The notes: generated from the sequence alone by a model not told the origin. Shown: positions 12,308 to 25,974, counted from the whole stretch's first letter. The stretch: DNA of 63,382 nucleotides, filler included, from Octopus bimaculoides (GCF_001194135.2; 8 parts of 8 records of this genome joined end to end with filler, not necessarily neighbours in it), one strand, 5' to 3'. Numbers and translations: made by a program.

Positions 12308-13429
12308 CCTTTCTGCTAAAAACACAAGGCCTGAAATTTGTGGGGAGAGAACTAATCAATTTAATTGACCCCCTGTGTTTCACAAGTACTTAATTTAACA
12401 ACCCCGAAAGGATGAAAGGCAAAGTTGACTTTGACGGACATAATAATAATAATAATAATGATTGTTGCCAAGGCTGCTGATTGATTGTTACCAGGGCCAC
12501 TGACTGGCACCCGTACCGGTGGCACAGAAAAAGCGCAATCATTGCCAGCATTGCCTGACTGACTCTTGTGCCGGTGGAACATAAACAACACCATTCGAGC
12601 GTGGTCGTTGCCAGTACCACCAGATTGGCTCCTGTTCAGGTGGCACATAAAAAGCACCATTTGAGAGTGGCCAGTGCCAGTACCGCCTGACTGGTCCTCG
12701 TGCCGGTGGCACGTAAAAGCACCTACTATACTCTTGGAGTGGTTGACGTTAGGAAGGGCATCAGCTGTAGAAACTTTGCCAGCTCAGATTGGAGTCTGGT
12801 GTAGCCTTCTGGCACGCCAGCCTTCAGTCAAACCATCCAACCTATGCCAGCATGGAAAGCAGACGTTAAATGATGATGATGAACTTACACCATGCAGAGA
12901 TGTACTATAAGTCATCAGAAAAAAGTGATGAAAAGAAACGGAAAAGCAGACATAGAAGTCTAGTAAAGAAGGACAGCAATGAAAGCTAAAACAAAAAATA
13001 CACACAGGCGCAGGAGTGGCTGTGTGGTAAGTAGCTTGCTTACCAACCACATAGTTCTGGGTTCAGTCCCACTGCGTGGCTCCTTGGGCAAGTGTCATCT
13101 ACTATAGCCTCGGGCCTACCAAAGCCTTGTGAGTGGATTTAGTAGATGGAGACTGAAAGAAGCCCGTCATATATATATGTATATGTATATATATATATGT
13201 GTGTTTGTGTGTCTGTCCCCGCAACATCACTTGACAACCAATGCTGGTGTGTTTAGGTCCCCATAACTTAGCGATAGAATAAGTACTAGGCTTACAAAGA
13301 ATAAGTCTTGGAGTCGATTTGCTCGACTAAAGGCGGTGCTCCAGCATGGCCACAGTCAAATGACTGAAGCAAATTAAGGAGTAAAAGAGTAGACAGAATT
13401 AAGAAAAAGACAGAAAAGTGAAAAATGGA

Positions 13430-13710
13430 AAATTCTTAAAGCGGAAGGAGTGCATTGAGATATCAGGTGGAATGGTGTAGAATTTTAGGAAGCATGAGAT
13501 CTTTTAAGGATGCAGTATCCAGAAATCACAAATGCTGCACTGTTTTTTTGATTTTGTAAGCATGTCCCCTTGTGGCAGACATATTGAATTCAAAATGGTG
13601 GCTAAAGTTGTTGGAAAGGTAACAAATAATCTTGGGCTTCGATCAAGACAAATGCTAGGCATCGAAACTTTGTGTCGACACTCAGAGAAGCAAAACCTTC
13701 AAGATAAGGG
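13430..13710 (-). mobile_element. Decayed CR1-type LINE ORF2 3' end
   Basis: Minus strand encodes TRGHAYKIKK (13543-13573), resembling the CR1 C-terminal TRGHxxKL motif. Confidence 0.5.
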
Positions 13711-15270
13711 TAAGTTTGGAGGGAGGGTATACTGTTTCCCTCTCTTCATTCCTTCTCCCTCTCCTTTCTTCTTTTCTTTCACTCCATGTATCTCCCTTCT
13801 TTCCTCCTCCTCCTCTTCCTCCTCTCTCTCTCTCTTCCTCTCACATTCTCCAAGCTACCTCACAGCTGCTATGGTGGTGCCAGGACAAGGTTGTTTACAA
13901 AGTACAAAGCTATGTGGCTGAGTGGTTTAGCTATTTGGCTCATGAGCATTAAGTCATGAGTTCGATTCTTGGGGGCACAATTGTATTTTTTGAATCAGAC
14001 ACTGTATTTCACGTTGGCTCCAGTCCACTCAACTGGCGAAAATGCGTCGTAACTTTAATTCAACAAGGGGCCAGCCTTGTCACATTCTATGTCACACTGA
14101 ACCTCCCAAAGAACTACTTTAACTGTACATATATCTGTGGAGTACTCAGCCACTTGCATGTTAATTTCACAAGCAGGTTGTTCTGTTGATTGGATCAAAT
14201 GGAACCCTCGCCATCGTAACTGACAGACTGCCAGTTATACTATGCAGCTTAAATAATCTTTTAAGCTGTCACAGATATATTAGCTCCAAAGCTCTTTGAT
14301 GATTATTATCATATCAGTATATAAATGGGGAGTGTTGTCTATAAATCCATTTGTCTATATTCCATGAGGATGTGGCGGGAGACAGGGGTCGAGTTGGAGA
14401 AAGGAAGTAATAGAATCTGGCACCTGTCATTCATAAATCTTCAGATGAAACTGACTGGGCTGTCATAGTCAATGAGAAATGTAATCTACTGATCAGTTAC
14501 ATCAGATTTGGTCATTTAATTAGATTTAGTCACAAGAAATGATGGAGTGGGCAAGGTGGGAAGGGTAATGTTGTTGTTTAGCCCCAGGTCAACCTGATTG
14601 AGTAGACCTGTGATCCAAGGTTTTGCTGTTCAGCCCCAGGTCTGTCCTGATGGAGTGTATCTACAGCCAAATGTATTGTGTAACCCAGGGCGATTCATGT
14701 CTGCACCTGTGTCAAGAAAAAAGAAAACGAAAAACCAGATGGGATAGTCATGTGTGGATGCTTTTGATCATAGATTTTTTTCGGTCAGATTTGACTCAGA
14801 ATTAAACTCCTACCACCATCACCACAACCCCTAACTACCTGCTACAGATTACAGCTTGTGCCCTATGGTCAGATAGTCCAACAGTTTATTCACATGGTCA
14901 TCACACCTCCCCCATATATTGGTTTCAAATTTTGGCACAAAGCCAGCAATTACATCAACCTTTCAAATGGTGCTTGCTTTATTGACCCGGAATGGATGAA
15001 AGGTAGAATTGATCTTGGCAGAATTCAAACTCAGAACATAAAAACATGAAATACCACTAAGCATTTTTGCCTGGTATGCGAACAGTTCTGCTAGCCTCCA
15101 CCCTACCTCCTCCATATCATCATCAATTTCATCATCATTATCATTATCATTTAACGTCCGTTGTCCATGCTGGCATGGATTAGACGGTTTGACCAGAGCA
15201 CAAGGCCTGAAATTTTGGGGGAGGGAGCTAGTCGATTAGAGCGATCCCAGTACACAACTGGTACTTAATC

Positions 15271-15422
15271 TACATTATTTACATTTGACGGATATTTGTC
15301 CTTTTTTAACTTTGTTGTTAACTCAACGTTTCGGCCGTTATACCCTCCAGCCTTCATCAGGTGTTTTGGGGAAATTTCAAACCTGAGTTCTCATTCCTAA
15401 GGTATTTTTCGATACTATTATG

Positions 15423-15459
<37 letters not shown>

Positions 15460-15526
15460 TTACTGCTTGGAATTGAACTCGGTATCTTGGGGTTAGTAGC
15501 CCATGCTCTTAACCACTACGCTATAT
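15271..15526 (-). mobile_element. tRNA-headed SINE family D (head, (AAT)n, hammerhead-containing body, AAATAATGT tail)
   Basis: Head TAGCGTAGTGGTTAAGAGC...GAGTTCAATTCC; homologous to 43115-43310(+) and 15540-15742(+). Confidence 0.8.
15320..15365 (-). ncRNA. Minimal type I hammerhead ribozyme motif (Penelope-type)
   Basis: AACAC-CUGAUGA-A-GGCUG(GAGGGUAUAA)CGGCC-GAAAC-GUU-GAGUU. Confidence 0.65.
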
Positions 15527-15561
15527 ACACACAGGCTTCCAAGTTTGATTCCAAGCAGTGA

Positions 15562-15617
<56 letters not shown>

Positions 15618-16084
15618 TCAAAAAATACCTTAGGAATGAGAACCCAGATGAAGAATGAGAACCGAAGATGAGAACAAATATCCATCAAATGTAAATAATG
15701 TAAATAATGTACATAATTCCTCATCTCTTAAATATAGAACTGTGGTACTTAATTTATCGACCCCGAAAGGATGAAAGGCAAAATCGACCTCAATGGAATT
15801 TGAATTCAGAATGTAAAGACAGACAAAATACTGCTAAGCATTTCACACGGTATGCTAATGTTTCTGCCAGCTTGCTGCTGGTATACTCCAATCTGATTTG
15901 GTATGGTTTCAATGGCTGGATGCCCTTCCTAACACCAATCACTGTGAGAGTGTAATGGGTGCTTTTATGTGCCACTGATATGGGTGCCATTTACATGACA
16001 CCAGTATCTGCCACAACTGCAATTTTGCTTGGCTTGATGGCTCTTCTTCTCAAGCATGACATAATGCCAAAAGATCTCAGTCAT

Positions 16085-16325
16085 TGCCTCTGCGAGGTCC
16101 AACGCTTGAAAGGAACTCAGCCATTTTGTCTCCACGAGGCCCAGCATTTGAAAAGAACTCAGCCACTTTTGCCTCCATGAGGCCCAACACTCGAAAAAAA
16201 TTCAGCCACTTCGTCTCCATGTTGCTCAACGCTCTAAGGGACTCAGCCACTTTGCCTTTGTGTGGCCCAATGCTCAAAAGGAACCTAGCCACTTTGCCTC
16301 TGTGAGACCCAATGCTCAAAAGGCT
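16085..16325. repeat. ~42-bp tandem expansion (about 5-6 units) inside a family B-related element
   Basis: Unit GCCTCYRTGAGGCCCAACGCTCGAAAGGAACTCAGCCACTTT; a single unit occurs in the copy near 58600. Confidence 0.75.
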
Positions 16326-17305
16326 TCAAAAGGTTTTCATAATTGTTTCAAATTTTGACACAAGGCCAACAAGTTCAAGAGAGGGTTTAAGTCAATAATG
16401 TCAACCCCAGGGCTTAACTGGTCCAAATTTTATCAACCCCAGTACTTAACTGGTACTTATTTTATTGATCCCGAAAGGATGAAAAGCAAAGTCTTTTGAT
16501 CATAGATCTTGTCAGTTAGATTTGAACTCAGAACATATTTGGAAAAAAATGCTGCTAAGCATTTTGTTTGACGCGCTAACAATTTTGCCAACCATTGCCC
16601 CCACCATCCGTGTATATTGACGTCTGTATGAGTCCGTCTTGTCTTACAGACAATAAAGATAGCACAACCATAGTTTGAAATGTCAATCAAATGTCTTGTT
16701 TAATCAACCAGTTTGGATCATAACTTTACTCAAGTGAAACTAAGTCTTAAGTAAACAACTACAGAGACATTTCTTGTAGAGTTAATACAACATTACAAAG
16801 ATTTTCTCTTTCTTTTCTCAGTTGCTTGCCTCCAGCCTATCAGCGAGACCACTATGTAGCTATTCAACCTGCTAGAAATAACAGCCAAATCTGAAAAGAC
16901 CATGTTGATAATATAAGAGCAGGAATTTCTTATGCGCATCTCTATGTATCTAAATATCTGTTTATCTCTTTGTCTGTCTATCTATTTTGTCTGTCTGTCA
17001 GTCTGGCTGGCTGGTCGGCTCTCTGTCAGTCTGTCTGTCTCTGTCGAAGAGCGTAGGCTCGAAGCATAAAAGACCTTATCACCTTTCCGAGTGTTAAACG
17101 AATACATCTGTTTGTTGTTTACACACCTGTCTTCGTCTTTTGTTTTGTTTGTTTTGTTTTTTGGGGTTTTTTTTTGTAAATTCCAATTATCTGTACACGT
17201 ACATACATCCATCCATCCATCCATCCATCTATACAAACACACACAGATGCACAAGACAGAATAAATTTCCCATTCAGTCAGTGTTGTAAAATAATAACAC
17301 TAAAC

Positions 17306-17339
<34 letters not shown>

Positions 17340-20300
17340 ATATTTGTTCCTCTGACAGACTAGACTGTTTTGTCCTTTGTTTCTAACACAATACTCCTCC
17401 TGTGTCTAAGAAAGCACAACTATTCTGTTTAGGTCTGAGCATCCAACACTTAACTATCGAATCTCCAGCTGCTTCAGATGCCAAGATATCAAAAATTGTC
17501 AAAGTGTAGTACAACAGTCTTGCTATGGAATGGTGAAACTATTTCTTCATTTTCTGTGAAAAAAAACAATGTTTTAGACTTATGACCCTCTTATATAATA
17601 GCAACGACGTGTGTGTGTGTGTGTGTGTGTTCCACCTCCTCTTGACAACCTCTTGGAATATCTACGTCTAACATAACTTAGTAGTTCAGCAAAAGAGACT
17701 AATAAAATGAATATCAGGCTTAAAAAAAAATATCTACTGTAATCGATTCATTCAACTAACACTTCTTCAAGGCAGCGCTCCAGCATGGCCACAGTCTAAT
17801 GACTGAAACACATAAAAGATAAAGGACGTATAGCAATGAGTTAAGATTTAATTCTCTACTTAAGATGCTGGAGAAAATGTGTTTGTGTCACATGATTGGG
17901 TCACCACTTCCTAATGGCGACAATCCAGAATTCACTCTGTGACGCGGGTATTGAGTTGTGGAATCTTTAAGCTGCCCAATGCATAGAAAATGGACATTAA
18001 ATAAGGATGATGAGGATGTATGTGTTTGTACATACCGTTGTCTTATTGTCTTGTCTTGACATCATATCATATTGTAAAACAAGCGTCACGTCATGCAAGC
18101 TATGTTTTTCTTTTCGAGTCTATTGTAATAAGCATGCTGGATCATAGGGAATATTTATTTGTTTGAAAACAGTTGAGGTTCGGCGACAGGAAGGGCTTCC
18201 AATCGTAAAAAAATCTGCCTCAATAAATTGCGTTAAATGATGCAAGCACAGAAAAGTAGGCATTAAATGATGATTATGGTGGTGGTGGTGGTGGTGGTGG
18301 TAGTTCAGTCTAATGCTCTAATGACTAGCCAAGTTACCACCTTCACACACACATACCCCACATNNNNNNNNNNCACACACCACACACACACACACACACA
18401 CACCACACACACACCACACACACACCACACACACACACACCACACACACACACATACCACACACAGACACACACACACACATATACATGACAGGCTTCTT
18501 ACAGTTTCTGTCTACCAAATCCACTCGGCCCAAGGCTATAGTAGAATACACTTGCCAAAGGTGCCACGCAGTGGGACTGAACCCAGAACTATCCAGTTAG
18601 AAAGCAAGCTTCTTACCACACAGCCACTCCTTCACCTAGATGGATACCAAAACTTAACTCATACCTTATTTTATCACCCCTGGGAAACAAAAGCCAGTCT
18701 GTCCTCAGTGACATTTGAACTCAGAATGTGGATGGTTGTAATTCTCTTCCACTATATATTTTAGCCTCAGCTCCATCAATGCTTTTGATAAACCAATGTT
18801 ACTATATATATATGTATATTTCTGACATTGGTATAAATCCACTTGATGTGGACAAGGGTGAGCTGGTTGTAAGAACCTCAGTATATGACTGGTACTTTCT
18901 TTTGCAGACACTGTGTATGAATGAAAGGCTAAGATGACCTCGGCAGGAATGGAACTCAGAACTTTAAGAAGACAATTTATATGCGGCTCTGATAATTCCA
19001 CAAATCCGTTACCTTTGCCAAGTAAATAGTAAAACGTTTGCCAAAGACAATCTCACTATGAGTGTGTGTTGAAGTGAGAGTGGGGGGGGGAGAAACTGTG
19101 TGTGTGTGAGAAAGAGCATACTGTGTAAGAGAGAAAGAGGGAGAGAGGGAGCATGTGTAGTGTGAGTGTCTAGAGTATGAGACTAGAAAGAGATGGTTAG
19201 TGGTTTCCAGCCAAATTCTGAAGCCAGTGACCTTAATATTCTTAATCATTATTAATGCACTTATTGTTGATTGGTTTCCATCTCTGGCACAAAACCATAC
19301 ATTTCCAAGGATGGAGGTTATTTTTTTCCATGTGTTTGTCAGAGAAACAGATATAATCAACCTGACCTTCACTGGTTTCGTCAGGTGAGTGAGATCATAA
19401 GGAAGTCCTTCCATGTCAGAGTTGATGACCTTCTCGACATATCTCCATAACATACAAGACCATGTGGGTTAAATGGTCGCTTGACCTATCCTATCGGATA
19501 TAGAAGTCAAATTTCCCTCAAATCACAACCTTAAAGTCACACAATCCTTTCTACTATAGGCACAAGGCCTGAAATTTGGGGGAGTAGGAAATTCAATTAC
19601 ATCAACTCCAGTGCGTAGCTGGTACTTAATTTATCGACCCCGCAAGGATGAAAGGCAAAGCTGACCTTGGTGAAATTTGAACTCTGATCGTAATGGCAGA
19701 CGAAATACCGCTAAGCATTTTGCCTGGCATGCTAACGATTCTGCCAGCTTGCCACCTTATTAAAGTCACAGAATCAAAAGAGTGGTGACTCTGATCCTGT
19801 TATTTGTATCATGGTTTTTTTTATGAGGAAAATAATTTCGCTTTCAACATATTTGCCTACCATTGCCATGAGGACATATCACAAATCGGAATGTCTTGCA
19901 GCTATAACAAACATCCCATTCTAATTTTTAGCCATCACCACTCACCCCCACCACCTAACACTGCTAAATTTAGTCCTTCTTGTGACTGTCATCATTGCCC
20001 ATTCATACTAAGATTCTTTTTAAAAACTCCAATGAATAATTCTTTCTGCTGGAAGCCCAAGGCCTCAAATTTGGGGAAGCGATTAAGTTGATTACATCGA
20101 CCCCAGTGGTATTTATTCAATCGATCTCAAAAGAATGAAAGGCAAAGTTGACCTTGGCAGAATTTGAACTCAGGATGTAATGACAGATAGAATACCGCTA
20201 AGCATTTCACCTGACATGCTAACAATTCTGCCAGTTCACTGCCTTAAGAAGCCAATGAATAATAATGCCAAATGTTGTATTTCAGGGAAAAGGCTAAACT

Positions 20301-21176
20301 TTGTTTATGATGCATCCCAAAGTCAATTCAGCAATAAAAAAGTAGTTTATGATATTAATGTATCATAACAGCTTGTAATATGCTGACGAGCTGGCAGAAC
20401 CATTACAGAACTGGACAAAATCCTTAATGGTTTTGTATTTTTTTTGTAAGCCAAACCGCTAAGTTTTGAGGACATAAACACACCAACACCGGTTGTCAAG
20501 CGGTGGTGGGGAGGGACAAACACAAGCACAAAGATCCACACACAATGGGCTTCTTTTAGTTTCCGTCTACCAAATCTACTCACAAGGTTTTGGTTGGCCT
20601 CAGGTTATAGTAGAAGTGCTGTCAATGTTGACTTCACTTGTAATTCTTTTGGCGTCTACAAAACAAGTATTAGTTGAGCATTAAGGGTCAATGTTAACAA
20701 CTTTCCCTCCCCTCAAAATTGCTGGCCTCGTACCAAAATTAGAAAGTATTATAATAACTTATGATGTCATGTATAATGAGGCATTAACTTTGAAATACTT
20801 CACCAATAAAGGTTTATCTGCTTATTTCTCGATGCTGCTACTGTTGTGTTTTAATTTAAACAATTTGAACAGGAGTGGCTGCGCGGTAAGAAGCGTACTT
20901 CTCAACCGAATGGTTCTGGATTCAGTCCCACTGCATGGCACCTATCAATCTATGGACCCCCAACACAAGAAGGCCCTACATTTGCTTCTACTTTATGACC
21001 AAGCACAGAATGTACACATTAGGTAAATCTCCTTCTTCATATCTATCTATCTATCTATCTATCTTTTTATCTGTCTATCTATCTATCTTTTTATCTGTGT
21101 GTATTTATCTATCTCTCTTTCTTTCTTTCTGTCTTTCTTTCTTTTTATCTCTTTATCTATCTATATTTCTTTCTTT

Positions 21177-21208
<32 letters not shown>

Positions 21209-23894
21209 NNNNNNNNNNNNNNNNNNNNNNNNNNNNNNNNNNNNNNNNNNNNNNNNNNNNNNNNNNNNNNNNNNNNNNNNNNNNNNNNNNNNNNNNNNNN
21301 NNNNNNNNNNNNNNNNNNNNNNNNNNNNNNNNNNNNNNNNNTGGTGCTGCTGCTGGTGCTACTTAAGGTAATAGTAATGATGGTGGGCGATGGCGGAGAT
21401 GAACGTATTGGTTGTGATGGTGATGATGATGATGGTGGTGGTTGGAAACATTCCAGAAACATTGAAGGTAAAAAAAAAAGAAGACAAAACAAAACAAAAA
21501 AAAAAGACCAAAGCAGTCGTTGGATAATTTCCTTCCATATTGGCACTACTTAACAGCTAACAGGATGTTTGTTGCTGTTTTTGTTATTTAACCCGAGGTC
21601 AGCCTTGAATCAGAAAAAACCTTTGATGAAAGGCATTCCAGTCATGGCCACACCATTCTTCTTAAGAAGTCTACCCAACTCTCGACTACATGTTTATACG
21701 TTGTTTTGTTTGTTTTCTTTTCTAAGACAATAAGATGTAATTTAAAAGAGGTTTGGCTGCTATTTCTAGCGATTAGATGAACCATATTGAGGCTTCTTCT
21801 TTGGCTTGTAGCCGATGTTTAGTCGGTCTTGGTGACCTAACAACAACAACAACAGCAGCAGCAACAACAACAACAAAATGAAGAATTGTTAATGCCTTAG
21901 TTTCACATGTGAAGCGATGAAGAGATGTGCTGATGGCCTTTGCAGACTGGTAAGGTCGGGGTCCCCCATCACCAGCATTAACTTCCCCTCCATCATCACC
22001 ACAGTAACGATCATCGTCACCATGGCTACCGTTTAACGCCACCATCATCGTCACCAATGCCATCAGCATGACCGCTACTGCCATCACCTCCCTCATCGTT
22101 GTTGCCATTGCCACCCTCAGCACCCCCAGCACTACCACCACCACCTTCACGACAATCACCATCAATACCTTTCTCAATACCAGCACCATCACCATCATCT
22201 CACCACTGTCAGCGCCATCACCACCATCGCCGTCATTTCCACCAACGTCAACAGCACACCATTGTCATAAACATCACCATCATCACCATCATCAGCGTCT
22301 TCATTCAGCATCATCTCCCTAACTACCACCACCACCACCGACCTTACTGTTACCATTCTTGTGTCATACAGTGTGTTTTTCTTCTTCCAGATCTTCGCTG
22401 AAGTTAGCGAGTCCAGTGTTTCCGGGTCCCCATGAGAGATCGTCAGAGAGTGATTGCTTCTGGAAAAAACAAATCACTGCCAATCTGCAGGACGTTACTT
22501 CAGTTTTGAGTATTTTGGTTGAAGCATTTACTTATAATTATTGTTGAGCAGACGCTGCCTGGGCGATATCAAACAGTACCAGTGCTGGATTAACTATTAA
22601 ATACAATAATCACAAACTTAGGACATCAAGGGAAGATAAGGAACCACAGAAATGGTAAATGGTTTCTGACACAAGAGACATCACTTTAAAGTGGCTAAAA
22701 TAATATCCAAAGTGATATATATGATCAGAAATACAATTCTGAAGAGTTCTTGGTGTCATAGTGAGGATCTGATCAAACGCTTTGCAATTAAAAAAGTAGG
22801 AGAAAGCTTTTCAGCTGTAAATAAAGTGGAAGTATACAAAAATAAACATTATTTTCCATCTTATTGTTAGTTTTGTTTCATTTTGAAAAATGCAGATTTA
22901 TTTTATGGTTTATTATTGTTTATATTTCAAATTACATATATATGACAATATCAAAATCTTTTAAGTGCTTAGGGCCTCTATGGGTTATAGTGAATCTTGC
23001 AGGCATGAAGAGGATTCGATCCACTATACCCAAATTTAAATTAACACTGCTTTTCCCACGGTGGAACAATGGTTGTGATCTGACAGCAGTTTAATATTTT
23101 CCAGATGCCTTTAGCTAGGCCGAAACAATGTCTTCACCACTTGACCTTTTCTAACCTCTTCTACTCCACCAAAATCTAGAATAGAGATAACAGGACCACC
23201 AACTGAATCCATTGTTCTCAATAATATATCTATCCTTCTAGATCGTTATAAAAGCAAGGAAACCCCAAGCAAAATTTAGTTTAGTCACCAGTCGGTGACG
23301 ACTCAACCAGTAGTCACCTGGGGACACAGAGCGAAGTAACTAGTGACAACTCAATTAGTTAGGGAACGGTCATCTACAGATATAGTCACAAGCAGGCAGC
23401 CACCTAAAGACAAAACGACCAAAGGGAGAAAGAAGTTTACAACCAGCCAACTATGAGACACAACCCCCTTCGACTCTATAACTATCACTAGCTCGCATCC
23501 TTTTCTCGGTAACATTACCCTATCTTTTTATCTGTTTACTACTACAAGAATGTGTACACACCTATACAGGCCGAAATTAACTTTCTTTACCTTGCATGTT
23601 TTAAGAACTGCATTATACGATTACACTAACCTACCCGTCGTGGTATGGCATTTATTAGAGTAACGGTAAATAAATATTTCTATAAAAATTTCGATCACTT
23701 TTCATCGTTCATCTTATAACCTGTTACAATTGGTAAATAATACTTATCGTTACAATTGGTGTCACAGTCGAAAACTACGCAAAATCATCGCAGCCTTCAC
23801 AAAAACATTACCTATCCTACTAATGTCTGTAGCCTTGATGTTGAGGTATGGAATCGAATGTCTTTCAGTAATCAACCCATATTGCCTTAAGGAT

Positions 23895-24129
23895 TTTTAT
23901 TTCTTTATTGCCCACAAGGGGCTAAACATAGAAGGGACAAACAAGGACAGACAAAGGGATTAAGTTGATTACATCGACCCAGTGCGTAACTGGTACTTAA
24001 TTTATCGACCCCGAAAGGATGAAAGGCAAAGTCGACCTCGGCGGAATTTGAACTCAGAACGTAGCGGAATACGAAATACCGCTAAGCATTTCGCCCGGCG
24101 GGGTAACGTTTCTGCCAGCTTGCCGCCTT
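23895..24129 (-). mobile_element. tRNA-headed SINE family E
   Basis: Head AAGGCGGCAAGCTGGCAGAAACGTTA...GAGTTCAAATTCC. Copies at about 12030-12280, 12300-12460, 14920-15110, 15200-15870 (interrupted), 16350-16600, 19540-19760, 20050-20250, 33000-33190, 41545-41730(+), 59790-59840. Confidence 0.8.
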
Positions 24130-25285
24130 CCATAAGGTTTCTGCCGTGTTTTCCCACTCCAAACAGCACAGCTCTATTTATTAAACATTTGTTCACCGCG
24201 TCTCCCACCTACTTGCTCATTTGTGATTATACCATTAGAATCGCAATGGTATTGAAGGAATTGGTTCAGGCAGTTGTGTACAGTTTGAACAAGTGTAGGT
24301 ATGCCACAGGCTTATGCCATGTTAGCATAAATGTCATTGGAGGCTAATCATTTTTTTCTTCAGGTAACTAATAACACCACGATACCAAATTTTGTCCGTT
24401 TTCAAGAGAAGTCACAACTAGTTACTCTTGAAGTGTTCTTTGAACAGTCAGATGTCAGTTTACCTGAAAAGAAACGATGTAGTTATTAGTAAGGAGAGTT
24501 TGAAATTAATGCAAGCAAAATTTCACAACTCTAGTATCACCCCTTCATAGTCAGCCTACGAACTTGTTAGCCCACTCATGTAAGTTCTCTGGCAGAGAAC
24601 TTACATGAGATTTCATTCTTTAGTGCAAGATCTGCGTATGGCAAGCCGATTCACTATGTCAAACTAACTTTCCATACATACATACATACATACATACATA
24701 CATACATACATACATACATACATACATACATACATACAGTGTTATGTAATGAGTTCTATTTTTCCTGTTTGCATATCTAAATCTCACAAGCAACTTTTTC
24801 AACTTTTTCTATCCAAAAGGTTTTTTAACCCAATATTATTTATAGCTTTTTCTGCTTCGAGTTCAACCGTTAAAAACGAAGTATGTATGTATGTATGTAA
24901 GCATGTATGTATGCATGCATGTATGTATTATGTATGCATGCATGCATGTATGTATGCATGTATGCATGCATGTATGTATGCATGTATGTATGTATGCATG
25001 CCTGCATGTATGTATGTATGTATGTATGTATCTAAGCATGTTTATTGAAATATGTAGCAAGAGAGGAAAAAAAGAAACGAGAGAGAAAAAAACTTTGAAG
25101 AAAGCATGGTACTAAGACAATAGAAGAGAATCTTCTGCAATTTGTAAGAGAAAATAAAAGTATGTTATTGTTGAAGAAAACGTATTAATATCAAGATACC
25201 ACCAACATGGATGACATTAGCGGTAAATCGGACAATAAGACGAGGAAAGTCATTTGCAGTGAAAATTATCTCAGACGAATGCAGT

Positions 25286-25292
25286 AATAATG

Positions 25293-25385
<93 letters not shown>
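25286..25385. repeat. (AAT)n microsatellite; (AG)n/(TG)n at 25529-25605 and (AC)n at 25846-25917 nearby
   Basis: Directly visible. Similar (AT)n, (ATAC)n, (AC)n, (AGAT)n and (AAC)n tracts occur throughout and usually border N gaps. Confidence 0.95.
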
Positions 25386-25386
<1 letters not shown>

Positions 25387-25541
25387 AATATTACGAGAAG
25401 AAAACACAAAAACAACCTTAGCTATAAGAGAAAGTATTTTACAGGAAAAACAAGTTACTGGAATAGTTGAACATAAAACAAGAAAACTGACTAGAAGAAC
25501 AGTGATTTACAGAGATAATATCATACAGTGAGAGAGAGAGA

Positions 25542-25588
<47 letters not shown>

Positions 25589-25842
25589 TGTGTGTGTGTG
25601 TGTGTATGGTGTGTTATGTGAATTTATGGAAAGGTATCTCTTAACATCTCCATTTTTAACAAATTTGTTGAGTTTTATGGGATTCCTTTCCATAAATTCA
25701 CGTAACACACCATATACAAGTATTATTTTCATACTCGCAAACTTAACGCCAGTAAGCTGCCAGCAAAATATATGAAGAATCTTTATTAGAAATCGTTTTT
25801 TGGAATCCCCCAAAATAAAAAGGACGAAATAGAATTCAACCT

Positions 25843-25919
<77 letters not shown>

Positions 25920-25974
25920 CATATGTAGTTGGAATTTACAAAAAAAATAAATAAAACAAACAAACAGAACAAAA

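Noticed and set aside
12894-12988. Lys/Arg-rich short frame MYYKSSEKSDEKKRKSRHRSLVKKDSNES*
   Set aside because: Sandwiched between two repeats, purine-rich low complexity and a poor acceptor; not supportable as an exon.
18977-19453. 158-aa minus-strand ORF
   Set aside because: Runs into simple repeats, no recognisable domain and no good in-frame acceptor.
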